Source of the DNA: an uncultured Fibrobacterota bacterium
GTDB lineage: Bacteria > Fibrobacterota > Chitinivibrionia > Chitinivibrionales > FEN-1185
DNA length: 64,000 nt
Reading direction: 5' to 3'
NCBI GenBank assembly: GCA_963729895.1
Contig: CAVSQB010000026.1
Location: 111,881 to 175,880, forward strand
The position numbers and the translations under genes are program-made. The notes beneath the pieces were generated by a model. That model did no database searches. It saw only the letters and a list, made by a program, of their open reading frames with translations, and had not been told where the DNA came from. Below are positions 38,082 to 48,196 of the stretch, piece by piece (within the stretch, counting starts at the first letter, position 1; each line of letters starts with the position of its first letter).

Positions 38082-38444
38082 ATGGATACGGCATTGATAT
38101 ATGCAACAAAGAACGTCGTCGCGTCCCCCGACGGATCCGAACTCACCGCCGAATTCATGTTTTCAAAGGACGACCCGATTTTTGCCGGGCACTTCCCGGG
38201 CCGGCCGGTCATTCCCGCCGTGTACCAGGTCGGGTTGTGCAGAAGGATCGTGGAGCGATTTGTAAATTCGGCCTTCACGGGGATTGCAAAGTCCCGCTTT
38301 TCAAGAATGTGCGTGCCGGATATGCCGTACGAAGTAACCATCTCCCTTTCAAGAAACGGAAACGCGGTCGAGGCCGCATGTTCGATTCACAGTACCACGG
38401 AAAAAGCGCTGTGTTCGAAGATGGTCCTGCTGTTTGCGCCCTAG
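38082..38444 (+). CDS. FabA/ApeI-like dehydratase
   Basis: PIFAGHFPGRPVIPAV. Confidence 0.8.
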   Translation: MDTALIYATKNVVASPDGSELTAEFMFSKDDPIFAGHFPGRPVIPAVYQVGLCRRIVERFVNSAFTGIAKSRFSRMCVPDMPYEVTISLSRNGNAVEAACSIHSTTEKALCSKMVLLFAP

Positions 38445-40042
38445 TTCTTCCGGCGCCTGCGACGGATTACCACAAGGACGATGCCGTACGCAATGAAGAG
38501 AACGGAAACCAGCACCGGCCAATCGCCCAGCGTCGTATACAGGGTGGGAATTCTGGCGATTTCCAGATTTCCCTCGAGGAATGTGCGCGTGTAAAGATTC
38601 GTCTTCCCCTTCACCCGGCCAAACTGGTCAACGAACATGGTGATGCCTGTATTGGCCGCCCGGGCGAGCGGCACGCCGTTTTCAATGGAGCGCATGCGCG
38701 CCATCGTCGCGTGCTGGAACGCGCCCGACGTCTTTCCGAACCAGCCGTCATTGGTGATATTGACCAGCAGGTTGGCGCCGCGCCTCACCCTGTCCCTCAC
38801 GAACCCGGGGTAGATGATCTCGTAGCAGATGAACGGGCCGGCCCTGACGGTATTCCCTATTGGAAAGACGACGGGATCTTTGCCGGTCTTGAAATCGGCC
38901 TGGCCGAGGTTCACGCGGCTCAAGATGGGAAACACCCCTGTAAACGGAAGCGTTTCCGAAAACGGCACGAGCTTCATCTTATAGTACGGGGAGTACTTTT
39001 GTGAAACGGGATCGATGTAGAAAGCCGTGTTGTACACGAGGTAGTCGTCGCGGGAGCCGCGCGGCGCAGGGTCCCAATGGAGCGCGCCCATGATGATCGG
39101 TTCCCCGAGTTCACGCGACCATGCCGATACCCTCATGGCAAGCTGCGGCCGCCGGAGCAGATAGCAGAGAAGCGCGCTTTCCGGCATGATCACAAGGTCT
39201 GGTTTGTCCAGTGCAACCTTCTTGAGCATCTCCTCAAAAATGGAAAATGACGAATCGAGCGAATTGCTGCCCCAGTGGTTCTGGTCGATATTCCCCTGAA
39301 GCAATGCAATTGCCGTCGGTTTGACACCAGCGGGCTGTCCGGCATTCATCCGCACGAATCCCCAAACGGAGATGCCGACGAGGACCGCCGCGAATGCCGG
39401 AAGTGCAGGATCCATGGATCCTTTGCGCTTCAGCCTGCTCAGGAATTTCCATGCCAGCACGTTGCCCAGGATAACGGCAAAGCTCAACCCGTACACTCCG
39501 GTGACCGAAGCGAGCTGGGACAGCGGCAGAAGCGGCGTCAGCGCGTAACCGGCCGAGTTCCATGGAAACGAAATCTCGCCAAGACTGCGCAGGTATTCAA
39601 CGACCACCCAGATCCCTGGAAACACGACAACGATGAGCGCCGGAAAGGTCTTCCTGCTCCAGCGGAAAAGCAGGCCGAGCGCAAGAAAGTACAGGCCCTC
39701 GTACAAACAGACAAGCGCGACGCCGATAAGCACAAGGTGCCACAGGCCTTCGGGAACGACACATGCGATCCAGTAGAACTGGCACCCGGAAGCGGTCAGG
39801 CCGAAGAAAAATGCGCGCCACGCGGCGCCGCGAAGCGACGGGGCAAGGCTCACGAGAAACAGCGGCAGGCACATTCCAAAACTTAACAAGGGGAAAAACG
39901 TGAATGCCGGATGCAGCAAGCCGTTGAACGGCGGCATCGCAAGCGCGTACAACGCGCCGCCCGCGCACGAGATCCACAGGCCGTGCCTGGAGGCGGCAAA
40001 AGCTGTAAACCGGGAGAAAGCCGAGCTGAGTGATGACGACAC
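38441..40042 (-). CDS. lnt: Apolipoprotein N-acyltransferase
   Basis: FPW, QGNI, PES, KMKLVPFSE, ICYEI, TNDGWFG, RAANTG. Confidence 0.95.
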   Translation of the reverse strand: MSSSLSSAFSRFTAFAASRHGLWISCAGGALYALAMPPFNGLLHPAFTFFPLLSFGMCLPLFLVSLAPSLRGAAWRAFFFGLTASGCQFYWIACVVPEGLWHLVLIGVALVCLYEGLYFLALGLLFRWSRKTFPALIVVVFPGIWVVVEYLRSLGEISFPWNSAGYALTPLLPLSQLASVTGVYGLSFAVILGNVLAWKFLSRLKRKGSMDPALPAFAAVLVGISVWGFVRMNAGQPAGVKPTAIALLQGNIDQNHWGSNSLDSSFSIFEEMLKKVALDKPDLVIMPESALLCYLLRRPQLAMRVSAWSRELGEPIIMGALHWDPAPRGSRDDYLVYNTAFYIDPVSQKYSPYYKMKLVPFSETLPFTGVFPILSRVNLGQADFKTGKDPVVFPIGNTVRAGPFICYEIIYPGFVRDRVRRGANLLVNITNDGWFGKTSGAFQHATMARMRSIENGVPLARAANTGITMFVDQFGRVKGKTNLYTRTFLEGNLEIARIPTLYTTLGDWPVLVSVLFIAYGIVLVVIRRRRRKN

Positions 40043-40178
40043 GGGAACATTCCGCCTTGTGAAGAGACTGTTAGCGAGAATTGATAACTGATGTGAACGG
40101 ATTAAAATACGTTATTGGTACGCATGATGAGTCGAAAGCCCGTGATGAGGACATTGAAAGCCTCCCCGGGGGGAGGTT

Positions 40179-40212
40179 GAGATTGCCACGTCGCTTCGCT
40201 CCTCGCAATGAC
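40179..40212 (-). repeat. REP-like palindromic repeat GTCATTGCGAGGAGCGAAGCGACGTGGCAATCTC
   Basis: Recognised from memory as a widespread bacterial intergenic palindromic repeat type; single copy in this window. Confidence 0.55.
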
Positions 40213-40245
40213 AATGAAACACCTGGAGATCTCTTCAATTTTATC

Positions 40246-40761
40246 CTACTTCGCCTTCCTCTCCTCCGTCGAATAGCACTCCACAATTTCCCCGTAGTAA
40301 AGCGTGTGATAATCCTTCTCCGGGTACAGGTGTGCGTACTCTTCAATCAGGTTCCGCGGGTCCATCGGCGACTTGTACACGATCCGGCACTCGAACTGGA
40401 CCCCCGGCACGAGCACGATCGGCGAATGGACGCTGGTGCCCGGGAACATCTCGAGCCCGCACTCCTCGGCCTTTTTGTGGGCGCGCCCGGATTTTGTACC
40501 GCAGAACTCCAGCTGTCTGGTCATGCCCGACAGCGGGACCGACACCGTAAAATCCTTTGCTCGTTCTATGATGCCGAAGGTGTGCCTCGTTGTGCGCACC
40601 GCAACGGTGAGCATCGGTTTGCCCCAGATAAAGCCGAGTAATGCCCACCCGATCGTCATGGTGTTGACGTCGTCGCCGGCCAGGGCGGTAAGAAACGCAC
40701 CGCCGGAGCATATCTGGGACATTACCTGGTGCGCCACCGACATGTATTCGATTTTCTGCAT
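40246..40761 (-). CDS. Flavin reductase family protein
   Basis: NTMTIGW, VR..RHT, FCGTKSGR, DYHTLYYGEI. Confidence 0.88.
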   Translation of the reverse strand: MQKIEYMSVAHQVMSQICSGGAFLTALAGDDVNTMTIGWALLGFIWGKPMLTVAVRTTRHTFGIIERAKDFTVSVPLSGMTRQLEFCGTKSGRAHKKAEECGLEMFPGTSVHSPIVLVPGVQFECRIVYKSPMDPRNLIEEYAHLYPEKDYHTLYYGEIVECYSTEERKAK

Positions 40762-40830
40762 CGCAGGATTCTCCTTTGTGAAATGACAGACACCCGACGA
40801 GCCCCGTGCTCAAGCTCATACACCGTATTC

Positions 40831-41985
40831 CTATTTGACAATGCTCCGCTCGGTCCTCGACCACACCGCAGTTCTTATTCCCCCCAGATACCGGAAGAAC
40901 CCCGCGAACAGAGCGGCATTCATCGATATAAAGTAGTACAGCGGCCTCACAAACGGAAGGGGGAACACAAGGTACGAAAGCGCAACGGCGATGCCGCAGA
41001 GCCCTGTGCAGAAGAGGCCCGCATAGAGCGCCGGCCCCCGCGCCAGAACAAGCAGCAGGCACGACAGGGCCGCGGCAAGGATAAAGAAGGGGGAAAACCA
41101 TCGTGTTGCCTTATGCGACACATAGCAGAACCACGGCCATCCCTTGAGCGGGTTGAGAAAATCGAGGAGCCAGAAGAAAGCCTGAAAGTTGCCCGCTCCT
41201 ATGCGGATGCGGCGGGAGAACTCGTATTTGATGTTTTCGGTGGTATCTTCTTCCGATACGGCCTCGCTGTCGAAGATCATTCTACGCCCGCTGCGGATCG
41301 TATTCATGGGAATCAGGACGTCGTCGTTCGAATAGGCGTTGTGTTGAATGGGTTTGAATATCTCCTTTCGCACGGAGTAGAACCCTCCGAACGCGGAGAT
41401 GGTGCTGTGCAAGCGCGACTCAAGCACCTTCTGCCGCGACTCAAACGACCGGTACAACACCTCCTCGAATTCCTTCCGGGAAAACCTGTGCTCGATATGG
41501 CCGCCCACCCCGCCCACCGACGGGTCCGCATAATGGCGGACCATTTTCCTGAGGCTGTCTGGCCGGTGCATGGTATTAGCGTCTGTAAATAACAGCACCT
41601 CGGCCGGTACCCGGGGCGCCAGGTTGTTGATCACCTCCGTCTTCCCGCCGCGCGTTTCCGCAACCCACAAATGAACGCGCGGATCGCTCACGGCCCTTAC
41701 GATGGTGTGCGTTGCGTCGGTACTGCAATCGGACCCTATCCATACGCCGAGCCTGTTGCCGGGATAATCGAGGGCGAGCAGGTTCTCTATCTTCTTCTTG
41801 ACAACCGCTTCTTCGTTGTACACGGGAACCACCACGCCCACGGTGGGGAAAAACGATTCGTTTGCTCGGGCGGGCCTGCCGAACAGCCGTGCAAAAAGAG
41901 ACAGCAAAACCGGGTAGAGCGCGTATGAATACGCAAGCAGAAACAGCGACAGCCAGAACACAATCTGCAACGCGACGATCAGCAT
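40831..41985 (-). CDS. Glycosyltransferase family 2 (membrane-bound)
   Basis: VPVYNEE, SDCSTD, FTDAN, NDD, RRIRIGAG. Confidence 0.9.
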   Translation of the reverse strand: MLIVALQIVFWLSLFLLAYSYALYPVLLSLFARLFGRPARANESFFPTVGVVVPVYNEEAVVKKKIENLLALDYPGNRLGVWIGSDCSTDATHTIVRAVSDPRVHLWVAETRGGKTEVINNLAPRVPAEVLLFTDANTMHRPDSLRKMVRHYADPSVGGVGGHIEHRFSRKEFEEVLYRSFESRQKVLESRLHSTISAFGGFYSVRKEIFKPIQHNAYSNDDVLIPMNTIRSGRRMIFDSEAVSEEDTTENIKYEFSRRIRIGAGNFQAFFWLLDFLNPLKGWPWFCYVSHKATRWFSPFFILAAALSCLLLVLARGPALYAGLFCTGLCGIAVALSYLVFPLPFVRPLYYFISMNAALFAGFFRYLGGIRTAVWSRTERSIVK

Positions 41986-43466
41986 GATGCGGCCGGCTTT
42001 CTTTTCAAGGATCGATGCAGAAGGTACGGAAGAAGAGTGCGGAACCCCTTGACAAGCCTGTTGAATTCCCCCGGGTCGCGCAGCGCCTGGAGCGCCTTAC
42101 CCGCAATATATCCCGGGCGCAGGTAGAATTCACGCCGCGCTCTGTCACAGAAATCGACCAGCGTTTCGTAGGATAGATTGGGGTTCGAAACCACCGACGA
42201 ATGCAGGCCGTCTTCGGTGAGCCATTTGCGGAAATCTTCGGTGACGATCCAGCCCTTTTCCTTGAAATAGTGGTAGTCGCTTGTGCCGGGATACACCATG
42301 ATGGGAAAGAACTGGGCCGTGTCCGGGTTCAGCTCCTTGGCAAACCGGAGGGTGGTTTCGAGCGATGTGCGCGTTTCTCCCCTGTTGCCGACCATAAAGC
42401 AGCCGTGGATGAGGATGCCTGCGCGCCTGGCGTCTTTCACGAAGCGCCGTATCTTTTCAATTGAAGTCCCTTTTCTTATGTTGTCAAGTATTGTCTGGTC
42501 TCCGCTTTCGAACCCTACGCAGAACAGCCGGCAGCCGGCTTTCTTCATGGCGGCCATGGTGTGAAAATCCACGTCGGCGCGGGAATTGGCCGACCAGGGA
42601 ATGCCGGTCGTGTGCGCTTCGATAAGCGCCGAAGAAAGATCGCGGCACCGCTTCGGGTCCGCCGTGAGCGTATCGTCTTCGATCATGATTTCTTTTGCAT
42701 GCGGGAAATTGTCCCGTATGAACACGAACTCTTCGACGACGCTGGCAACCGAGCGGCGCCGGTAGCGGTGGCCCTGAAGCACCTGCGGTACCACGCAGTA
42801 GGTGCAATGAAACGGACATCCCCGGCCGGTCATGATCACCACAAGCGGGTGCCTGCTGTGGCCGTAGAAGTATGGTTCTATGGCGAGGTGCTTCTTGTAC
42901 ACCATCGACACCGGGGGCAACTCATCGAGATTTTCAATGTATTGCCGGGGACCGTTTCGGACAATTGCCCCGTTCGAATTTCGATAGGCAATGCCTGGCA
43001 CCCCGGCAAGCCCGGAAATGCCCTTCCCCGACGACAGGACCGCCGCCATATCGAGCACCGTCGCCTCGTATTCTCCATACGCAACTGCGTCGAGCGAGGG
43101 GTCGAGGAGGAGAGTCTGTTCGGGAAGCGCCGACACGTGCGCGCCCACGAGTACCGTGCACAGTCCGGTGATCTGCCGCTTCAGGCCGGAGGCCGCGGCC
43201 ACGTCGCTGTAGATGCTCGGGGTCGACGTGTCGATAACGGCAAGAGACGGGGAAAACGCCGCAATGCGGGCGGCTGTTTCTTCAAAGGAAAGGCCCACGG
43301 CCGGCGCATCGATGAACAGCACTTCGTGCCCATACTTTTCCAGATATCCAACCGCATACGCAAGCCACATTGGGTAGTACAGCGTGCCGCTTTTGGCAAC
43401 AGCGGGAGAGCGGGATTCCCTGGAGTATCTCGGAAGAAATGGAGGGTTAAGCGCTGCAATCTTCAT
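41979..43466 (-). CDS. Cobalamin-binding radical SAM protein (HpnJ-like)
   Basis: RGCPFHCTYC, VGAHVSALP, GFESG, YYPMWLAYA. Confidence 0.88.
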   Translation of the reverse strand: MKIAALNPPFLPRYSRESRSPAVAKSGTLYYPMWLAYAVGYLEKYGHEVLFIDAPAVGLSFEETAARIAAFSPSLAVIDTSTPSIYSDVAAASGLKRQITGLCTVLVGAHVSALPEQTLLLDPSLDAVAYGEYEATVLDMAAVLSSGKGISGLAGVPGIAYRNSNGAIVRNGPRQYIENLDELPPVSMVYKKHLAIEPYFYGHSRHPLVVIMTGRGCPFHCTYCVVPQVLQGHRYRRRSVASVVEEFVFIRDNFPHAKEIMIEDDTLTADPKRCRDLSSALIEAHTTGIPWSANSRADVDFHTMAAMKKAGCRLFCVGFESGDQTILDNIRKGTSIEKIRRFVKDARRAGILIHGCFMVGNRGETRTSLETTLRFAKELNPDTAQFFPIMVYPGTSDYHYFKEKGWIVTEDFRKWLTEDGLHSSVVSNPNLSYETLVDFCDRARREFYLRPGYIAGKALQALRDPGEFNRLVKGFRTLLPYLLHRSLKRKPAASC

Positions 43467-43608
43467 GGAGTACGTGGTGTCCTGTGTCCGAACCCCGCCC
43501 CCGGCGTCCCGGTGAAATACCAGGCGTGGGAACGGTACCGGAGGCATTCCCGTTGCAGGCAACCCGGTCCCTCGGCGATGGAAAACCGCTTTCAAGCCCG
43601 GGCAGGCC

Positions 43609-43938
43609 TCAAATGAACTGGTCGATCTTTGCCTTAAGAGCCTTCTTGGCAAGAAGCCCCACCTGCTGATCTACAACGTTGCCGCCCTTTACAAAAAGAA
43701 TGGTGGGAATATTGCTTACCGAATACCGGGACGCGGTGAGAGGCGAATTGTCCACGTTGAGCTTGCCTATTTTCAACCTGCCGCCGTATTCCAGGGCAAG
43801 CTCTTCAACGATCGGGGTAAGCATCTTGCACGGCCCGCACCATTCCGCCCAGAAATCAACCAGCACGGGAACGGAGGAGTGCAATACTTCGCCTTCGAAA
43901 TTGGCGTCGGTGAATTCGGCGAGACTATCACTTGACAT
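43609..43938 (-). CDS. trxA: Thioredoxin
   Basis: VDFWAEWCGPCK. Confidence 0.96.
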   Translation of the reverse strand: MSSDSLAEFTDANFEGEVLHSSVPVLVDFWAEWCGPCKMLTPIVEELALEYGGRLKIGKLNVDNSPLTASRYSVSNIPTILFVKGGNVVDQQVGLLAKKALKAKIDQFI

Positions 43939-43994
43939 AGAAGACTCCTTCCGGGCGCTTGTACGGTTGCACCGGCAGGGCGACAAGCCCGTTG

Positions 43995-44297
43995 TCACCC
44001 TCGTTTCTGGAGCACATCCAGAACCGCGGCCCTCAATTTCTGCCAGCCGGCCGGATCATTCTTGTATTTGTTGACCATGGCCTTAGCCTTTGGCCCGTCT
44101 ATTCCCGTCACCGCGCACAGCCGCCGGTACCGCTCGGCCTTTTGCTGCTGGTTGAGCGTTTTGTCTGTTGAAAGCAGGTCTATGCCGGCGAAGTAGGAAA
44201 CATAATTTTGAAACCCGGGTGGAAGATCGGCGGAATGCACGGCCCCGGCTGCGCACAGCAGAAGAACCGCACAACACGCTCCAATCATTCTTTTCAT
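43995..44297 (-). CDS. Small exported hypothetical protein
   Basis: Signal peptide MKRMIGACCAVLLLCAAGAVHSA; same strand directly upstream of trxA. Confidence 0.65.
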   Translation of the reverse strand: MKRMIGACCAVLLLCAAGAVHSADLPPGFQNYVSYFAGIDLLSTDKTLNQQQKAERYRRLCAVTGIDGPKAKAMVNKYKNDPAGWQKLRAAVLDVLQKRG

Positions 44298-44398
44298 GCT
44301 GTATAAAAATGATGGGTGCAAGAGTAAGAGTCAAGAGTATAAGGAACTGGTTTTGGGACACGGCGCCCGGAATATTCCTTGGCACGCAAAACCTGTGA

Positions 44399-45430
44399 TC
44401 ACAAATTTGTTTCCGCCTCATTGTTCTGATGATAAAGATTTTCGAGGCCGGCAATAACGGCTTCGGGACGGATCTTCTTGAGACAGTTCCTCGATCCCGT
44501 AAGACAAATGTTTCCTCCATGCGCGTGGCATGGCCGGCAGAACTGCGAGGCCTCAAAGACGCAAAAAGGCGGATTGCCCAAGGGATAAAAACCGAAATGG
44601 GACGTGGTGGGCCCGTAAATGACGCCCGTTTTGACCCCGCAGGCCCGCGCCATATGCGACAGCCCCGTGTCATTTCCGAGCGCAAGCCTGCATCGCTGCA
44701 GAAGGCAGGCGGTTTCGTACAGAGACAGCTTTCCCGCAACCGAAACGCAGCGCTCTCCTATGCTTCGCCGCAGGCTCTCGCCCGCGCGCGCGTCCTGCGG
44801 TCCGCCCGCGATAAAGACGTCCCAGCCCTTGATGGCAAAATAGCGGCCGACAAACGCGAATTTTGCCACAGGCCATTCCTTGTTCTTCCACGCGCTGAAC
44901 GGAAACAGGGCAACCGCAGGCCGCACCACCGCGCTCGAGGGGAAAAACCGCATGGCCTGCTCGCATGTGCGTTCGTCAAGACACAACCGGGCCGGGGGGA
45001 AATCCCGCGGTTCATGCCCGGAATATCCCGCGGCCCGGGCATAGCGGCCGATCACGCTGTCGCCCTGCGGGTACAGGCTGACCCGACCGAGCAGCAGGAC
45101 CGCGCGCTCAACACGCCGTTTCTTGAAAACGGACACCGGCGCCTTTGCACGAATGCGCCTCCGTATGCGCACACTTCTCCTGTTGTTCTGCAGGTCAATA
45201 ATTTTGTCCCATGCCACGCCCGAGAGTTCCGAGACCGCCTTCCCCTCCTTGCCCCTTTCAAGTGCAACGACTTTCGTCACGCGCGGATCGGCCCAAAAGA
45301 GCCCGGCGTATTCGACCTCGGTTGCAAACCAGATGTTCGATTGGGGAAACGAGGATTTCAGATATTCCACGACGCTCGTGGCAAGAACCACGTCGCCCAG
45401 GGATGAGAGACGAATAATAAGAATGTTCAT
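44399..45430 (-). CDS. Glycosyltransferase family 9 (LPS heptosyltransferase-like)
   Basis: LIIRLSSLGDVVL, KEWP, GNDTGLSHMA, YGPT. Confidence 0.92.
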   Translation of the reverse strand: MNILIIRLSSLGDVVLATSVVEYLKSSFPQSNIWFATEVEYAGLFWADPRVTKVVALERGKEGKAVSELSGVAWDKIIDLQNNRRSVRIRRRIRAKAPVSVFKKRRVERAVLLLGRVSLYPQGDSVIGRYARAAGYSGHEPRDFPPARLCLDERTCEQAMRFFPSSAVVRPAVALFPFSAWKNKEWPVAKFAFVGRYFAIKGWDVFIAGGPQDARAGESLRRSIGERCVSVAGKLSLYETACLLQRCRLALGNDTGLSHMARACGVKTGVIYGPTTSHFGFYPLGNPPFCVFEASQFCRPCHAHGGNICLTGSRNCLKKIRPEAVIAGLENLYHQNNEAETNL

Positions 45431-45561
45431 GTCGTTGTGGGTTTCAAAATACCTTTCGAAAAAATCAAAGTCGAGTCAAAATGTATTTTCATTTCATGGA
45501 AATCATTTTATACTATGGTGATCTTTTCATCGCACGAACCGGAACAGCAAGGTAAGGCCCC

Positions 45562-46692
45562 ATGAATGAATCCTCAGACCTCAACGCACCAGTCAAACGG
45601 TACATCCGTCCGGCCCCTGCCCAGGCCGTCAACCCGTACCAGTCACCCATGCCGAAAGTGGGCGACATGATCGGACCCAACAGGATCACCCAGCTTGTGG
45701 GCGAAGGCGGAATGGCGAGCGTGTACAAGGTCTGGCACGAAGGCCTTGAGGTCACCAGGGCGCTCAAAATTCTCAAGAACGCGTCGGATAAGGAATCGAG
45801 GGAGCGGTTTTTTACAGAAGCGAAGATCCTTGCCGACATACATCACCCGAACATCATCGAGATCCACAACATCGGCTACTGGGAACAGCAGATCCCCTTT
45901 ATCGAAATGGAATTCGTTGACGGCTCGTCGATCCGCGACCTTCTTACCGCCTGCGGCAGGTTCCCGCTCCCGGTGGCCCTTATCACGGCATATTCGGTGT
46001 GCCAGTCGCTCCACTATGCCCACACCAAAGATTACACGCTCTACGGAAAAGTGTACAAGGGGCTTATCCACCGAGACATCAAACCGGACAACGTCATCAT
46101 ATCGAAGGACGGCATCGTGAAGCTGATGGATTTCGGCATAGCGCGGCCCACCGAGGTAAGCCTGCACACCATCGGCGGCAAGGTGATGGGATCGCTCGCG
46201 TATCTTTCGCCGGAGCAGCTTGAAGGCAAGGACATCGACCACCGGAGCGACATTTTCTCCGTGGGGTCAGTGCTTTACGAAATGATAACGGGCCGGCGGG
46301 CGTTTCCCCAGAAGACCATATCGGACCTGGTGCGCCAGAAATCGAAAGGCGAATTCGCACCGCTCGATTCGTTCGGCATCGCCGTGCCCGCTTCCGTTGT
46401 CGATGCGGTCAACAAGAGCATGGCGCTGGCTCGGGAAGAGCGGTTTGCGACCGCAGCGGAAATGGCAAACGCCTTGTACCGCGAATTCAAGATGATATCC
46501 GACCGTGCGCCTTCCGACGTGATTTACTCGTTTATCAAGAACCCGGCGGAGCAGCAGCCCGACGCGGACGTGCAGACGAAAGCGAAAAAGAAAGGGATGG
46601 CGACGCCGGCGTTGGTGGCACTTACGGCCGGGGGATCGATAGTGCTTATAGCCGTCCTGTTCACCATCGCAAAGGTGTGCGGTCTATTGTAG
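45562..46692 (+). CDS. Hanks-type Ser/Thr protein kinase with a C-terminal TM segment
   Basis: GEGGMASVY, HRDIKPDN, DFG, YLSPEQ, DIFSVG. Confidence 0.93.
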   Translation: MNESSDLNAPVKRYIRPAPAQAVNPYQSPMPKVGDMIGPNRITQLVGEGGMASVYKVWHEGLEVTRALKILKNASDKESRERFFTEAKILADIHHPNIIEIHNIGYWEQQIPFIEMEFVDGSSIRDLLTACGRFPLPVALITAYSVCQSLHYAHTKDYTLYGKVYKGLIHRDIKPDNVIISKDGIVKLMDFGIARPTEVSLHTIGGKVMGSLAYLSPEQLEGKDIDHRSDIFSVGSVLYEMITGRRAFPQKTISDLVRQKSKGEFAPLDSFGIAVPASVVDAVNKSMALAREERFATAAEMANALYREFKMISDRAPSDVIYSFIKNPAEQQPDADVQTKAKKKGMATPALVALTAGGSIVLIAVLFTIAKVCGLL

Positions 46693-47565
46693 CGCAACCT
46701 CCCCGGTGCTGTCGGGGCCGGGGAAGAACATTTCCTCGGGGTCAAGCGGGACGCCGCGGCGCCAGATTTCATAGTGGAGGTGGGGGCCGCTGGTGACCCC
46801 CGACAGTCCCATGGTGGCAATGCGGTCGCCTTTCTTCACCTTCTTGCCTGAAAATACCTCAACGGTTCCGAGATGGGCGTACACCGTGCTGTACCCGGAT
46901 CCGTGGCTGACCACGATCCGTTTTCCCCATGTCTTGCCGTCTTCAACCCGCGCCACCGTGCCGGATGCGGTTGCGAAAACCGGGGTACCCCGCACGCCGA
47001 TGAAATCGGTTCCAAAGTGATGTTTTATCGTGCCGGTAAAAGGGTCCATTTCGAGCGAGAAGTGGGCGCTTACCATCGATTTGTCTCCCACTGGCTTGAT
47101 AAGCGGAATTGAATCAAGAAATCCGGGGCGCCGCGCCAGCGTGGCGACAATTCCCCGAAACAGTTCCTCCTCGACCTTCACCTTTGCAACAAGATCGCCG
47201 GGGCTCGCCTCGTGCGCCCTGCCCTTCCCGTGAACGCGCGGCCGGCCGCCTTCCTTTCTTCCGAACTTTTCGAGGATGGACACCCTCTTGCGATCGAGAC
47301 GGTCCAGTTCGGAGCTGAGCGTAACGCGCAGCCGGTACAACGGCCTGATCATGGCGGCAAGTTTTCCGTTCTGGTCCTTCAGGTTCCGTTCCTGGTTCTG
47401 TTTGACGACGTCGAGGGTGAAACCGTTGAACGGGATGAAGTACCCCACAAAGCCAGCGGCGATTATGGCGGCAATCACCGCGATGAGCGTGCGCGGTATT
47501 CTCAGCGTGCGGACTCTTGCCCCGCCCGGCGGGACCAACAGGATTCCCTTCTTGCGGCCTTTCAT
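46684..47565 (-). CDS. M23-family metallopeptidase
   Basis: HHFGTD, STVYAHL, GPHLHYEI. Confidence 0.92.
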   Translation of the reverse strand: MKGRKKGILLVPPGGARVRTLRIPRTLIAVIAAIIAAGFVGYFIPFNGFTLDVVKQNQERNLKDQNGKLAAMIRPLYRLRVTLSSELDRLDRKRVSILEKFGRKEGGRPRVHGKGRAHEASPGDLVAKVKVEEELFRGIVATLARRPGFLDSIPLIKPVGDKSMVSAHFSLEMDPFTGTIKHHFGTDFIGVRGTPVFATASGTVARVEDGKTWGKRIVVSHGSGYSTVYAHLGTVEVFSGKKVKKGDRIATMGLSGVTSGPHLHYEIWRRGVPLDPEEMFFPGPDSTGEVALQ

Positions 47566-47571
47566 AGGGTG

Positions 47572-47928
47572 CTAGACGCCCACCGGATCTCCCGGGTCGG
47601 CGGCCCGGGCTCTGGTCTTTCTTGCGTCTTCGGAAATTGCCTTCACTTTGCCGTCGATGAGGGCGAGTTCCTCGTTGAGCGCCCGGATGTTCTCAATCGC
47701 TTTTTTCACCAGAAGATCGTTTGCGGCTTCGGAGGTCTTGCCGGTTTCCGCAAGGTCGAACACCCGTTCGCCTATGTCCACGCAGTTCCTTTCGATCTTC
47801 TTTTTCGCCGCGTACTCCTCGATCTTGAGTTTGCCGATCTTGGAATATTCCTCGATTTTTTCGATGGAGAGTGCGGCCCCTTCCTTGAAGTTCTTCCTTA
47901 TTTTTTCCCACACATTGTCGCGGTCCAT
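47572..47928 (-). CDS. Hypothetical coiled-coil protein
   Basis: RBS GGAGG, charged helical sequence, co-oriented with the M23 gene. Confidence 0.75.
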   Translation of the reverse strand: MDRDNVWEKIRKNFKEGAALSIEKIEEYSKIGKLKIEEYAAKKKIERNCVDIGERVFDLAETGKTSEAANDLLVKKAIENIRALNEELALIDGKVKAISEDARKTRARAADPGDPVGV

Positions 47929-48075
47929 GGTACCCTCCTGCTGAGTTTAGGTAAACCGAAGATCTGGTTTAAAGATACTATGTGTTAGGGTCATTGGCAT
48001 ACCACCAAACAATCACCGACTTTGAAAACGTACCGGGAAGCGGCAGGCACGCGCGCTGATTTTTCCGGTTTCTTC

Positions 48076-48103
48076 TTGACATTAACAGCGATTATTGTAT
48101 TAT
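48076..48103 (+). promoter_or_regulatory. Putative sigma70 promoter
   Basis: TTGACA-16nt-TATTAT about 95 nt upstream of the CDS at 48197. Confidence 0.5.
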
Positions 48104-48196
48104 TTTAAAGTGGTTCAGTAAGAGCCCGATCGTCGCACGTTTGACCCTGTCATTTGCCTGCAGTATCTCTTTCATCATTTTGAGATTAGTAAATCG

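Noticed and set aside
37753..38097. Short ORF 37891-38097 or a gene remnant after the response regulator
   Set aside because: No motif, RBS or family resemblance I can support.
44379..44396. Sigma54 promoter at TTGGCACG
   Set aside because: No GC at the -12 position and no suitable downstream gene on that strand.
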